A stretch of DNA of 63,515 nucleotides, the filler included, from Folioceros fuciformis (taxonomy: Eukaryota), in assembly GCA_049999805.1 (NCBI GenBank). It is 11 parts of 11 records of this genome, joined end to end, with 100 filler letters (N's around TTAATTAATTAA, not from the genome) between each part and the next. Parts side by side here need not be neighbours in the genome. Positions count along the whole stretch, not along the records: positions 10,710 to 24,825 come from JBNGIO010003404.1; 10 more parts are not named here. One strand, 5' to 3'. Of this stretch, positions 12,108-24,576 are shown one piece after another. Made by a program: the position numbers and the translations under genes. Positions within the stretch are counted from its first letter, which is position 1, and each line of letters starts with the position of its first letter. The notes under the pieces were generated by a model. It made no database searches, was not told the origin of the DNA, and worked only from the letters and a program-made list of their open reading frames with translations.

Positions 12108-13752
12108 GTGTGCAGAACACATGGGCAGCGAATTTTAAGTGTCAAGCACAAACAGCCCAGATTTCAAGTGCAAGGGAATGAGTGGATGCGGGAGGAAGAG
12201 GCTTCACTCACACATAAGCGTCGCATCCTCGTCAGTTCTCTTGGTCTCCTCCACTGGTAAGGTAGCTTGGTCTGAAACTGCAGAGGGGGTGTTTTCACTC
12301 CTGTCTACCATAGAAGCACGCAGCAGAATTTTTGTTCTTTTCCTTTCTGCTGCATCTCTGCTCTCTTTCGAGATATCATACCAGTAATAGTAGTCGTGTG
12401 TCACCGCTCTCCATGGGGAAGGCCATCTTCATCATATCTTTGTACTCTTCCCTTGTCACCCTCAGTCGCCTGTCCAGGTTGGTCTCAGGGAAGGAAACGC
12501 AAGCTGGGGTATGTCAGGCCTGAATCTTGGTAGTGCCTACTGGTATCATGGAATCCAATCTAGTTGCTGCGCCCATCATCACTATCTTCTCCTCTTCAGT
12601 CTTCTCTTTGTTGATGTCTCTGGGGAGGGACTCACAAGCCATCATGTGGAGGAGCCATTGCCTTGGGGTGAACGCAGTAGCTGGAAGCCATCTCCTCCCA
12701 CAGTGGAGGCACTCCAGACCGGTGGTCTGATTCTCCATGATCATGCAGCAGTGGCGATAGGATTCCCACTGCTAGACTAGGTTTCTGCAGCAGGAGTAGG
12801 TGAGGAGCAGGGTGTATGCATTACAGAGTACTTGGGAAAGTTGGACATCGATATGAAAAAGTGCTTTGGTTTCAGTCAAATGGTGCACCAATGATGCCAG
12901 GTAGCAAAAGAGGACTACCAGGACAAAAGAGGTTAATCCATATCTAACGTCCATACACTATCTTCAAGATAAGGATAAGGAAAGAGATGGCCTGAGCATG
13001 GATACGTGGGATCGTGAAGGCTAGGTGTGCATTGCTCAAGAGCTTGATAAGGAGGGGCTCGGATTGGTGACGAAATGGCCTGGTTTGGAGACCCTACCAA
13101 GAGATGTGAGCTGATCATCACTGTAGCAGCGCATCCAAGCATCACCGATGTGTTTGCACATGCGGTCAGCGGGAAAATGGTTTTACAGTCCTAATGCCTA
13201 ATGTTGCCAACTGCTAGAAGGGCCATGGGCAATTTCAAGGCTGTCATGAGAAGGGATGGACGATACTCAAGCAGGAATGCAATGACGGATGCGAAGCATC
13301 TCACTGTGCAGGACCCTTACGTTTCGGAGAGAAGGCGAGATGACGGAACAATGCAACTGCGATCGTGTATATGTCGATTTCAGAGCGTTTGGACATGGAA
13401 ATAGCACACTACTATCTACAGAGACAGTGGTCAGGACACGAACTCCGTAGGAGCCTCTTCCAGACGACTGTCCGGCAAAAGAACTACAACAACAACAAAG
13501 CAGGTGGGTTGCAGGAATGCATGTGGCGCTGAGAAAGACGATCTCTTCTATATTGAAGAATAACCTGCCTACTGCATCAAAGAGACCTTTATGAGTCTGG
13601 GTCACACTGTGGAGTGGAGGAAGATTGCAACGGGCTGAATACATATGGCGCATGAATTCTTCTTCAGTCGAGTTGGAAAAGACCTTCGAAACCGTCCAAG
13701 AAGGATGAGTCACACGAGCTTATGGTACAACGTCAAACAACGAGCCCACGGA

Positions 13753-14889
13753 TCAGCTAGTAGACTTGAAGGGGATAGCACGGATGACGAACTGATGGTA
13801 GGCGGCTGCCAAGGTTGCTCCTAGGAGAGGCCCAACCCAGAACACCCACTGCAAGAACCCAGACGTGTTCAGTCAATCAATGCTCACGTGCTTTAGCTCT
13901 GCCATGTTACACATGTAAAGAAGAAAGTGCTTACATGATCATGCCATGCATGGGACTGGTTGTAGATCACTGCAGCTCCAAAGCTCCGAGCAGGGTTGAT
14001 TCCGGTACCAGTGATGGGAATGGTAGCCAAGTGCACCAGGAACACGGCGAAGCCAATGGGCAAGGGTGCCAGAATCTGGGAACATAACAAGGACAGGTTC
14101 AGCCAGATGTAGTGCGGACATGGCAGCTGTTAACAGGAAGACTACGGAGAAGTGCACAACATACCGGGACGTGAGAGTCTCGTGCATTCCTTTTCGCATC
14201 AGTTGCAGAGAAGACGGTGTAGACTAGGACAAATGTGCCCACAATTTCGGCTCCCAGTCCCGAGCCCTTGGTGTAGCCGTGAGCAACGGTGTTGGCTCCT
14301 CCTCCGTTTTGGTTGTAGAAGGACTTTTGCCAGGCCTTCACCAAGCCAGTTCCAGCAATGGCTCCCAGGCTCTGAGCCGCAATGTAGATCACTGCCCGGG
14401 GTACTGTCAGCTTCCTGGCCAGGAACAGGCCGAACGTGACAGCAGGATTGATGTGCCCTCCTGCCAAGTGGAAGCAAGAAGCTCGCATGAGCAGCGGCAA
14501 GGAAGGAACAAGATGACGTCACGAGGAGGACGGCAAAGGCTGGACATGATACCGGAAATTCCAGCAGTGGAGTAGACGAGGGCGAAGATTGTTCCACCAA
14601 AGGCCCAGGCAATTCCCTTGATTCCCACTCCAGAGCCGGGGACGAGTTTCTCCGAGTGAGCGTTCCCGATCACTGTGTTGATGGTGATGTAGAGGAAGAT
14701 GAGGGAGGCCACGAACTCGGCAATGGCGGCCCTCCACAGTCCCCAGGACACCAGCTCCGCCCCGTCGAAGAGCGGAGCAGGGGGAGGCTCCTTGTAATCC
14801 TTCTCGTTGTGGCTAGACGCGGTTCCCAGCGGCACCCGCTCGCTGAACTTGGTGGCTCCCAGCTGCACATCCTCCTCCTTGTCAGCCAT
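13753..14889 (-). CDS. PIP1: Plasma membrane intrinsic protein PIP1 (aquaporin), 4 exons
   Basis: [105 protein letters not shown]. Two NPA motifs, F-H-T-R filter, standard PIP intron positions. Confidence 0.97.
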
Positions 14890-17815
14890 GGCAACCAAAA
14901 TCCTCTCTGTTTTTGCTTTTTCTTAGCAACCAGGAAGCACAAGACACAAATCCACACAACGGAGAAGATGGAGGAGGAACGGGAATGACGAGAGGAGCAG
15001 GCCGAAGCCCAGAGATAAGGGAGGTGGAGCGGGGAGGACTGACAGAGCAGTGGAGAGAGGGTGTACGATGGTGGTGCAGAAGGTTGCTGGCCTGTGCACA
15101 TAAAAGGAGGAGCGGGGTGGGGGAGACAGGCGGGGCCAGAGCATCACCGCCCACAAGCGGGCCCGATACACCATAGCCGCACCTCGCTCCGTGCTCGGGT
15201 TGCGTGACACAGCCAGCTGCTGCCTGCAACGCCTCTCAGGCACACAGGCTTTACAAGCTATCGGATTGCTTGCCTGCTAATCTCACCATTACAGATGAGG
15301 TCTGGACAGAGCACGACAAGATAGGTGGGCCCTGCTGTCTGTCGTGCACCCTGCAAGCGGTGCGCGTCCGGGCCCGCGGCTCCTCCATCACATTCTGCCC
15401 GGCATCATGAATATCTGATGTACTTGGCCCCTCCCACTACATTAATGGCGGAGAACCGCATGAACACGGGCACTCTGATCCCTCCTACGCCTGATTTCTG
15501 CAACCCTGGGTTCGGGGTTCTGGGACATGGGTCCTGGACCTTGAAGCTGGAAGCACGATGGTGAGTTCCAGCCCATACCCGTCCTCGCATGTTCCGGCAA
15601 TGAGAGAACTGCCCCCGCCAGGTGCCAACCCAGGTGCGTGTGACAGTGCAATACTGGTGATGGAATCTGTTCCCCGGTTGTGGTTGTGAAAGCGCCCGCT
15701 TCGTTTGAAATGGACGGTGTCAGGGCCCGCCTTCGCCCAACGGTTATCTCCTTGGTGATGAGACCCGAGGTCAGTAGAGCAGCCAGCAAGCCTCCGCATC
15801 CGGTGCGGCCCCCACAGTCGAACAGCCCAGTGCCACATGGATTTGCGTCCGCTGCCGGCCCCATGTCTCGCCTCACTCTCACTCATGCTCTCACTTTGCT
15901 CGTCCATTTTCCTGCTTGCAAGTCTAGACGACACACTGTCAGATCACCCTAAAATCGTATCCTACTGAAAGCTTTGAGGCTGTGAAAGCATAGCTTTCGG
16001 CGGCCAATATTGCAGTCGGCCTGCACATGACAATCCCTGTATGTACTTCAGAGGTCACTGTAACGTGTTACATGTTGCTCGAGGATTGAGGATGCTTTGG
16101 TAGGCCACCTGCTTGGAGCACAGGATTTCGATTGTGTGGAACTTTTTACTTGATTAGATTAACGGACCTGCGGTTGCTCTTGGATTCCATGCACGTAGCC
16201 AAGAGCCTGCTGCCCGCTCACAGAGCAAGCAGAACGGACAAAAAGTAGGCCTGTTGGCCCTGTTTCTGTTGGCAAGCAGCACAAGAAAACAGGTGCTGTG
16301 AACTTGGCCACAGCTGGACTCCGCCAGAAACTGGTTCCTGTACGTACAATGTGGCGTCCTGTGATGAGAGAGCTTGTACCAGTTCCTCATTGAACAACTT
16401 TGTACGGACTGTGGTCTGCGCTCTGGAACGTTTAGGACTGCACACAACATCACGTTATTTTATCGGTTCTGGCACTTACATCGAGCTCCCATGAAACGGT
16501 CTGAACAGCTTTTGAGTGTGGGCACAGTAGATGGTTGCTCATGCAGTACAGTAGTTTCTTACTTACTATTCAGGGCCAGGGAGCTCCGAGTCCCGACAAG
16601 ACCTGCCTCCAACCACAGCTTTCCAACGTAGCTGTATGTAGTAGCAGTGGCGTAACAACGTGTGGCATCCTTGATGCTTATCCTCTCGTGAAGTATCTCA
16701 GTGTCCTCCCTCTAGTCTCTCCTCAGGAAGGTCTTCCTACGTGCAACTTCTGCCACAAGTCTACTCTCAGTAAGGAAGAGAGCTGGCTGTTGCATCCTGC
16801 GAGTTCGGAACCCCTCAACGCTGCAACATGTAAGAAGTGGTCTTCAGTGCTAGATCTTCGTGTAGAACAGCAACTGCATTTTGGACGACAAAGAACCAGT
16901 CTGCGCTTGCCGGTCGCCAACCATCCTCCACTTAGTCTGACCTTTGACCTCCTGCTGTGCACGGCCTAATTTTGCAAGCTCTCCGCATTGGAGCTGCCGC
17001 TGCCATTTGCGGCAAATTGGTCCATATTCCCTCACTTGCACCTCCTGCTGTCTAGGACCCTAACCTGTGGAGTCCATTTCTGTAATCATGCTTGCGCAGA
17101 GGCATGGCCTGGACAAGGTTGAGAGTACGTGGTGTTCTCTTCATTCATACTCACTCGCATCATGCACGCGCAGCCCAGTCCATTCGCCATACGGCGCTTG
17201 CCCGACAGGGGAAGACTGTCGATGAGGAAAGGAATTATGTTTGTCCCAAACTCAAGGAATGAAAGTATAAAAGTTGGGGGTTACATACACGTATCCGCAC
17301 GAGTGCGAAGGGTGTAGAATCTCTCACGGCTGCTTGCAAGTTGTTGCACAAGGACCCTAGTCTACTCGCGGGTAGTTGCATGAACATTTGGAGTATGAAG
17401 GGTCCTGCAGCTTGAACATCAAGCGGTGTGCTGGAGACTTCCAACCAGCTCTTACTGCATGATGTTTGAGGAGACGTTCTGGTGCGCATCACTGTCCATG
17501 GTGCTACGGCTGGCCGGTATTTGCGCGTCCGGCGATGAAAAGCCATACGGGACCGGCTCGATGAACTGCGTCTGAAGGAGCTCACTAGAAACCATCGAAA
17601 AAGCCTCCAGCAGGGGAGAAAAGGTGAGGCTTAAGCTTTCGTCTTGTCGCCTTGAGAGTGGCTCCGGAGATTCGCAGTTCACATTGCGTCTTGATAGCTG
17701 CAGAGTTGAGTAACCTGATTTTGATCGCAGGGTTTACGTTTCCAAGGAGGACAGTAGCAGAGCAGCTCCAAGGACCACAACCCGTGCGGGTGATGCCAGC
17801 GATCTAGGTCAGGAG

Positions 17816-19179
17816 ATGGAAGGAGACGATACGTCAATCTCAGCTATGTTCGATGACGAAATGGATGATTCCGGTGGACTGGATGATTCTGGCAGTACGT
17901 CACCTGCACGTACAAACAAGTTTCCTGACCAGATCCTCGATGAAGCAATCAAAGAAAACAAGCTCATGGTTGCTATGAGTAGGAGACGCATGAATGGAGC
18001 ACCAGCTGGAAGCGGAAAGAGGAAGCGTGGCAGGATGAACATGGCCAAGTAAGGTTTTCTTCCTCAAATCATTCATGTACATTCAGATGCGTTTGGTGAC
18101 CCTTTCTGCAGTGGCTTGGTAGGATCGAATGGTCTCTAGGCCTGCAAGTCTGTCTAAGACACGCTTTAGGGCTGGGAAACCCTAATCTCTTTCGCAGGCG
18201 AGATCAACTGTTCCGTCAATGTCACTTATTCCCCGTGCATCCTTATTCATCTGATCAGGTTTGTGAAGGATACATGCTATCATCTAAAAGAAAAGAAGCC
18301 AGGACTTGTGAAGGCAGCAGTTGAGAAGCTTGGTTTCTCTGTGTTTCAAGAGCTCATCAAGGAGGTAAGATTCAATAACAACTCTAAAGTTAATCAGTCA
18401 TAAAGAAAGGATGTTTGCCAGTTTAGGGTGGCTTCGTTCCAGATAGGTCAACGTTTGTGTCACAAAATATCCTTCACTAGCGGGCACATTGAGATCTGCA
18501 GGTCAATGCAATAGAGAGCTGTGGCGGTCAATTCACAATCGATGGAACACGGCGGCGCACTCCAGGTGGTGTCCTTTGGAACATACTCAAGGCCCGGGTG
18601 AGACCAGAGGTGTATAAGCACATTATGTCCGAGGGAAAGGCTGCAGAGGTAAACTTGCAGCCAATGGAGATTTTCCGCCTTCAAGATCAAGTCTAGCTTC
18701 AGTTTTCGGTTAGTTTCACTCTGATGATTTGGTCTAACGTGTTTGAATTATCTACTCTCCAGAAGCGGGCAAAACCAATCCCGACGTGTCAGACTCCTGC
18801 AGCAAAAGCGAATGCAAAACGACGGCTTGTTAAGGCATACGTGCCTGTGGCTGCAAGAAACAAGGCAGAGGATGGAGAGATAATTCCTGCGAGGCTTGAC
18901 GGTATTTCGGCCTCGAAGGATGCACAGAATGCGTGGATTGCAGGAATAAAAGCAAGAGTTTTGGTGGATAAGTTAGATTCCCTCAAGAGTCACGAGGGCA
19001 GTGGAGGTGAAAGCCAGGAGTCCCCGCCGAAGAAGGTGCCTATATCAGAGAGACTTCGATTCCCTGTCAAGTATGACGATGTGTTGGATGAATCTGGCGG
19101 TGGTGATTCCAGGAAATCTGAATATGCCTCCTTGGTGGCAACGGCGAATACTGATGAGAAAACGGAAATGGATGAATAA
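17816..19179 (+). CDS. PHAX: PHAX (phosphorylated adapter RNA export protein); exons 17816-18048, 18259-18364, 18502-18648, 18763-19179
   Basis: Spliced FVKDTCYHLKEKK..LGFSVFQELIKE|VNAIESCGGQFTIDGTRRRTPGGVLWNILKAR matches the PHAX RNA-binding domain. The start codon is uncertain. Confidence 0.85.
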
Positions 19180-20329
19180 GCACAGACGTCGTGCGAGGTA
19201 TGGTAGTGTACACAGCCAGCCTTGGTGAGAGACAATTCTTTGGATCGGAAGGGGAGTACTTGGCGACGGCAAAGGTCAACCTAGACCATTTCCATGAGGA
19301 GGTGAAATGCCCAGTTTTGCGTCTCTGACCGGGCTCCTCCAGTTTCTTTCTCCCGGAAGGACCTGACAGCCATTACTCAGTGGCATTCGAGGGCAGCAGA
19401 CGTGCAAGCCGTGCTCTTCCCACCGTCCAGAGTTGCATTCGCTAACTTGGGATGTTGGTTTGCCAGTTAGTTTATTCACGACTTTTAAGAGTCTGAAGTT
19501 AACGTTGTTGTGTTGTCGTCTAACATAGTTTGACCAGCTGTCATTTTTTTTGTCTTAAGTACAAGCTGTTCGAACTTCGACCTGTGGCTGAATTCGAGGA
19601 TGTCGGACGCAAAACGACGGCCTATCTCCTCCTGACACAGACCACCGTCGATTGTATTCGAGTGAGGGCTACTGTTGGCAGAGTCATATCCATCCTTCAT
19701 TGGAGTCGTTATCTGTCGCTATCGATCAACGGGCTGTTGGAATTGAAAGTGAGTGGCTGGGTTTTTGGATTGTGAAAGCTTGAAGTGCTGGTAGCCTGCT
19801 AGGCTCACGCTGTTAGTCGGTTATGGGTCAGGATGCGATGAGGTGGAGGGAGTGAGTGACCAGGTCGCACAGTGCTCTTGGTATGGCTAGCAGCGTCTAG
19901 CAGCGTCAAACCGCCTGCAGCAAGCAAGGTGTGATTTTCGGCCCATGTTGCTTGTAACTGAAGGCACAGTACTGTCCATGTTGCCTCTGGCTGAAGGCCA
20001 CAGTTCTCTTATCCCAGTTTAGAACGAAAGTCTGTGCTGCCATGATCAGATGAGATCTTGGGTTAGTTACGACTAGAGTCCCTATCCAACAAAAGACATC
20101 AAGGGTAGAGCCTGATGGACCCGCACGGTAGAGCAATATCATACATATGCAGGAAGCGTGTATGCCCACTCCTCGGGAGAGGAAGAAAAACGATGATGTA
20201 TAACAAGTTGTCATCGCCTGGTAGAAGAAACGTGATCGAGGTAAGATGTCTTACAAAGTATAATAACTGTAATCGTGGAGTGGTCTACTTATGCCCAACT
20301 GCCCACTTTTTTTACGACGTAGCTACTTG

Positions 20330-21600
20330 CGTCCAGCACAAACAAACATATTCCCGTTGAGATTCATCCTTAGGTTCTTTTTTTCCCTCATTCCTGCGTC
20401 TCGTCATCCATCTTCTTGCAAGAAGTAGAGTCTAATAACTTTTTTTTTCCAGTCGCCATCTATGTTGGTCCTCAACATATCTTGTTCAGACCATAGATCT
20501 AAATCTCATATGGACATCACATAATTGTGGAGAAAGACATAGATCTATGTGAAAAGCATCTGCGTGGAGTGGAGGGAAGATATGAAGGGTAAAATTATGC
20601 AAGACACCTTTGTCCAGGCAGGAGCTCTGAGACACCACACTCAATGTTCAAGAACCCTGGTTAGCATTGCTTGCCCACCATCATCCATGCTCTCTAGTTG
20701 GTTCAACCAACAGTAGAGGAATCGAGAATGTGAGAAGGCTAGATAGGTTTTATGTTCTCTCAAGTTAGTTGTGCTTTGCTTAGAATATAAAATTGTGGTG
20801 GGTACAATTCTTTCGAATCATCACCCCATCAACTTGTTGCTAGCCCTTCATGTGGGTGCTCAAAGGCTGCAAATGAGCAAGACATTGTTCAGGATGAATA
20901 CTTGTTCCTAGTGGAGGAAGGAGTCTATGAACAAATTAAGTAGGTATGGTAGGAGGATATGGTAGGAGGATGAATAGAGGGAGGACTCGGCGATCTAGCA
21001 ATTGATAGTTGCAAATAGCAAAGCCTCTAGGTTTTTCAAGGGGTTAGGAGCTAAACAGAAGAAAGAGCAGCGACAATAGGACAACTTTTTACGAGATGAG
21101 GTGAGGCATCTTCAAAGTCTATGTGATGAGCAAGACTTATTCATTGCTCATTGGCCAAGATAGAAGAAGATTAGAGCCATAGAGTGGTTCCAGCGAGCAA
21201 AGGTCTTATGGGTTAAAGAAGGTGACTACCCTTCCTAGGTTTTCTTTGATAAGGTGGCTATCAATCATCATAGATCCAGAATCCCACCTCTCTTGGACAA
21301 GCAAGGTATTATCCAAGATTCCTTGGCAGGGTTGAAGGAACTAATAGTTTGTTTGTATGTTGCAATCTTCACTAGCCTGGGGAAGAGCTTCGCTTGAGAA
21401 TCACTCTGGATGTCGACTTCTGGCAAATTCCATGCTAAGGGTGCTATTGCATAGGGCAAAAAGTGTTGGAAGAAGCTGGACACAATTAGGGAGGAGTTTG
21501 GTGTTCCAACCCGTTATGTCAAAATCATTTTTAGTTGGCTACAACGTGGTATGGATAAAGGAGTGGGACAAGTTCTAAAGACACAAGATGTGATGGGAGT
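20330..21600 (+). mobile_element. Heavily decayed L1-like LINE ORF2 fragment (end of endonuclease to linker)
   Basis: SDH remnant at ~20488 and EWFQRAKVLWVKEGDYPS*FF at ~21182-21245, with many stops. Confidence 0.6.
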
Positions 21601-21879
21601 GAAAATGTGGGGAGCTTATACATTGGAAGGTAGGGAGGGTGAGGAAGACCTAGATGAGGATCTAGCTTTGCCAAAATTTGACAAAGAAGTGTACAGTTTT
21701 CCACAATGGTGACCATAAAGTTATATAGGGTAGGTTCCTTAGAAGGTTTTCTAGATAGCCAAGGTCGAGAGGATGGGGTGTTTGGTGGCGAGGGAATAGG
21801 GCCAATTACGGTTCTATCTTGGTTGCCATGAAATGAAAGATGGCTCATTGAGGAGGAGGTGCCTAAAGAACTTAGTCCT

Positions 21880-23909
21880 TCATCGAACAAGTGCGCTATA
21901 TACACGACGAGCTGAAGATTGTTACTGAGCAGAGAATGTCAATCACTATGACATGGAAGTATGATTTGTACAGAATGCTCAGCGTCATTGGAGATGCCAG
22001 CGATAGGGAAGAGAAGCAACGTCTTGTCGATCAAAAGACTACTGTAGTTTTGTGCATCGCTAGTGTGCCCCCCCACGTCTGGGAAAAGGTCGATGAAATT
22101 TTTAGGCTATAGGAAAGAGGAGAACTACCAGAGCAAGGGAACATGAAGAAGGCAAGCAAACGGGGAAAATCGAGGAGAGGGCATGCAGACGTGAAACCAG
22201 CTGCTCGAGACCCCAACTTAATGATTAAGCCAATGCATGCTATTGCTTGGAAAGTTTTCCAGGGCATGCCATCGGGGGAAGTAGGCCATTGTATTATGAT
22301 GTCCGCTCTAGAGAAAGTGGTGGAGGGAGAACTAATAGTAAGCGGTATGAAGACGTGGATAACCAAGGCCAAGAACCTTAATATCATTCAGACTACTTTC
22401 TGTTCAGGATTGAAATGTGCTTCGTTTGCGGAAGTGGAGCTGGAGTATCCCAAGCACTTGAGCCCGGAAGGCATATCGAAATTTCAGCCAATATTTGATC
22501 ATATTGTAAGTGAATACTGAGGACAATTTTCATCTGTTGATATGGCGCGCACTAGTGCGCGCCTGGTGTGATGAAAAGCTTACCAAATCAATGTCCTATT
22601 GTGTAGACTCTTTGACAGGCCTAGGAATACAAGGAGAAAGTCATTCTAGATAGTTTCAAGGAGCATATCAATGCAACACGTAACTGGAAGAGAGTCAAAG
22701 ATTTACAGCGTGAGCTAAGCAGAAGAGGACATTGACGCAAAGCTCTCAACATTCCAAGTCCCAAGCAACAAACAAAAAGTTAAGTACCAAATCATAATAG
22801 GAGATTTGAGGGAGATGGCAGGGTACTTGGGCAAGCGGGAGTACAAGCTACTAATTTTGGATTTGCCAAGAGGGAATTATGTTGATCCATGGGATAAGGA
22901 GATGACACCAGATGACCTGGAGAAGATAATGGAAGGATATTTCAAAGTTACTGATTGTCAAACTTTTCGGGTCGTCTGCATGCACGGATTAGACCAAATG
23001 CAGATCGTTTGTGATGGGTTGTGCAAGTGGTGTGAAAAGGGCGGCATGTACACAATGGTCTGGGAAAAAGACAACGCGATAGCGGAGGAGGGGCTATACA
23101 AAAACTGTGAGTACATGACAGTAGGCCATGATGTGCACCCGGGCAATGTCGATATTTGGAAGAGTAGTGCTCTCAGTAATAGTGCGGAAAAGGAGATTGG
23201 AGCGATGCCTGGCATCATCAAGCACAGCACCATCAAAAAACTTTTGAACATGTCAAACGACGGACGCAATGTCAATCCTTATCAGGAACCATTAGGATTG
23301 ATGGTTCTTCTTTGTGATCTATTCACCGACAGGGGGGAATGGGTAATCGATGGATGTGCAGGAAGCAGGAGCAGAGTTCTTGTAGCACTGCTTGAGGGCA
23401 AAAATTGTATTGCTACCGACCAAGAACAACGATATACAATCTTCATCGAGCAGTGAATAATTGGTCATAGAGTGTTCCCATCCGATGAGAAGGACTTGAC
23501 TACGAAGCCTCACAGCCGAGGACATTCACTGTTTTTCACTAGAGAGCTTTCAAGTGGAAGGTCTGTTAATCAGCGTGCGCAACAACTACAAATGGTGGAG
23601 GGAAGGACCACTCCGCTGGACCTCCTTGATCTCAATCAAACCCAAGGACACGCAAAGAAGAAGGCGAAGACAAAAGGGAAAGAAACTGAAAAGCAACTAG
23701 GCAGTGGTTTGGCTCAAGTTCCCGACCAACGCGCGGATGACGAAACCTGGGATGTCGAGCAACTTGAAATGCTTTCAAGTGTAGCGTCTTCAAGCCAAGA
23801 GGCGGCAGCACTTGAGGGCACAAATATTGCACCTGGCCAAGTGGAGAGCAAAGACGAGATCACTGTCCCCATGACCCAAAGACAAGAGTCCCAGCAGTAT
23901 GAAGGGTAG
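21880..23909 (+). pseudogene. Decayed gene: unknown N-terminal domain + beta-class N4-cytosine/N6-adenine DNA methyltransferase (N6_N4_Mtase-like) + low-complexity tail; probable intron 22506-22606
   Basis: Motifs in beta-class order: YQIIIGDLRE, LLILDLPRG..WD (DPPY position), MVWEK, CEYMTVG, NPYQEP (HPTQKP position), FTDRGEWVIDGCAGSRS (SAM-binding), ALLEGKNCIATD. ORF pieces at 21891, 22143, 22806 and 23472 are separated by TAG/TGA stops and one frameshift. Confidence 0.8.
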
Positions 23910-24576
23910 GAAGGTCAATTGATATGTGTGACAGTAGAATAAAGGTATGGCGCACACAAAAGCGTGCCATACCGAACAATTTGCAAATCACATATTCGTC
24001 TTTTCGAAGAAGTAGTTCACGGTCGCCTTGTTCTTGAGCATTAGGGCCGTAGGGTTTTGTGCGAAAGCAAAAACAAAGGAAGGGTTTGAGGAGAGACCTG
24101 ATTTATTTCAAATGCTGTTACCATAGATGTTTGTCATTGGATGGTCAGACTATAGAGGAGCAACCAACATAAACCGCTGGCTTCAAGGATGAGGCTGCCC
24201 GAGCGTCAACAATGTTCTGCTATCAAATGCCTTTGGACGTCTGATGGGATCCCCAAAAGGTCAAGCTTTTGATTTGGTGTTTCTTTTAGGCCTACTTGCC
24301 GGTGGAGGACAGATGGGATGGGCTTTTGGTTGCGGGTGGTGAGGGAGTTTGTAGAACGTGTAGTGCTTGTGCTTCAAATACAAGTCAACATCTATTCTTC
24401 CATTATGACTATGCCCAAGTGATCTGGAAGGAGGTGGGTACATAGCTCAAACACCTCCCTAAGAGGTCAATGTGACGCTGCCAGAACAGGCTACCCTCTT
24501 TGGGTTAGATGAGTCATCAGACAAACTTCTTTTCCAATATCAATGGTACTGGCTCTTGTGAAGCTTATGCTTACCT

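Noticed and set aside
14913-17700. Short overlapping ORFs between PIP1 and PHAX
   Set aside because: No motifs or consistent exon chain; treated as intergenic or UTR.
22780-23456. MTase as bacterial contamination or an intact restriction-modification system
   Set aside because: It is contiguous, without N gaps, with plant PHAX and PIP1 genes, has a probable spliceosomal intron, AATAAA and transition-type decay, and no restriction enzyme is visible.
23944-23990. Hairpin as a Helitron 3' end or bacterial terminator
   Set aside because: No CTRR about 10 nt downstream and no U-tract.
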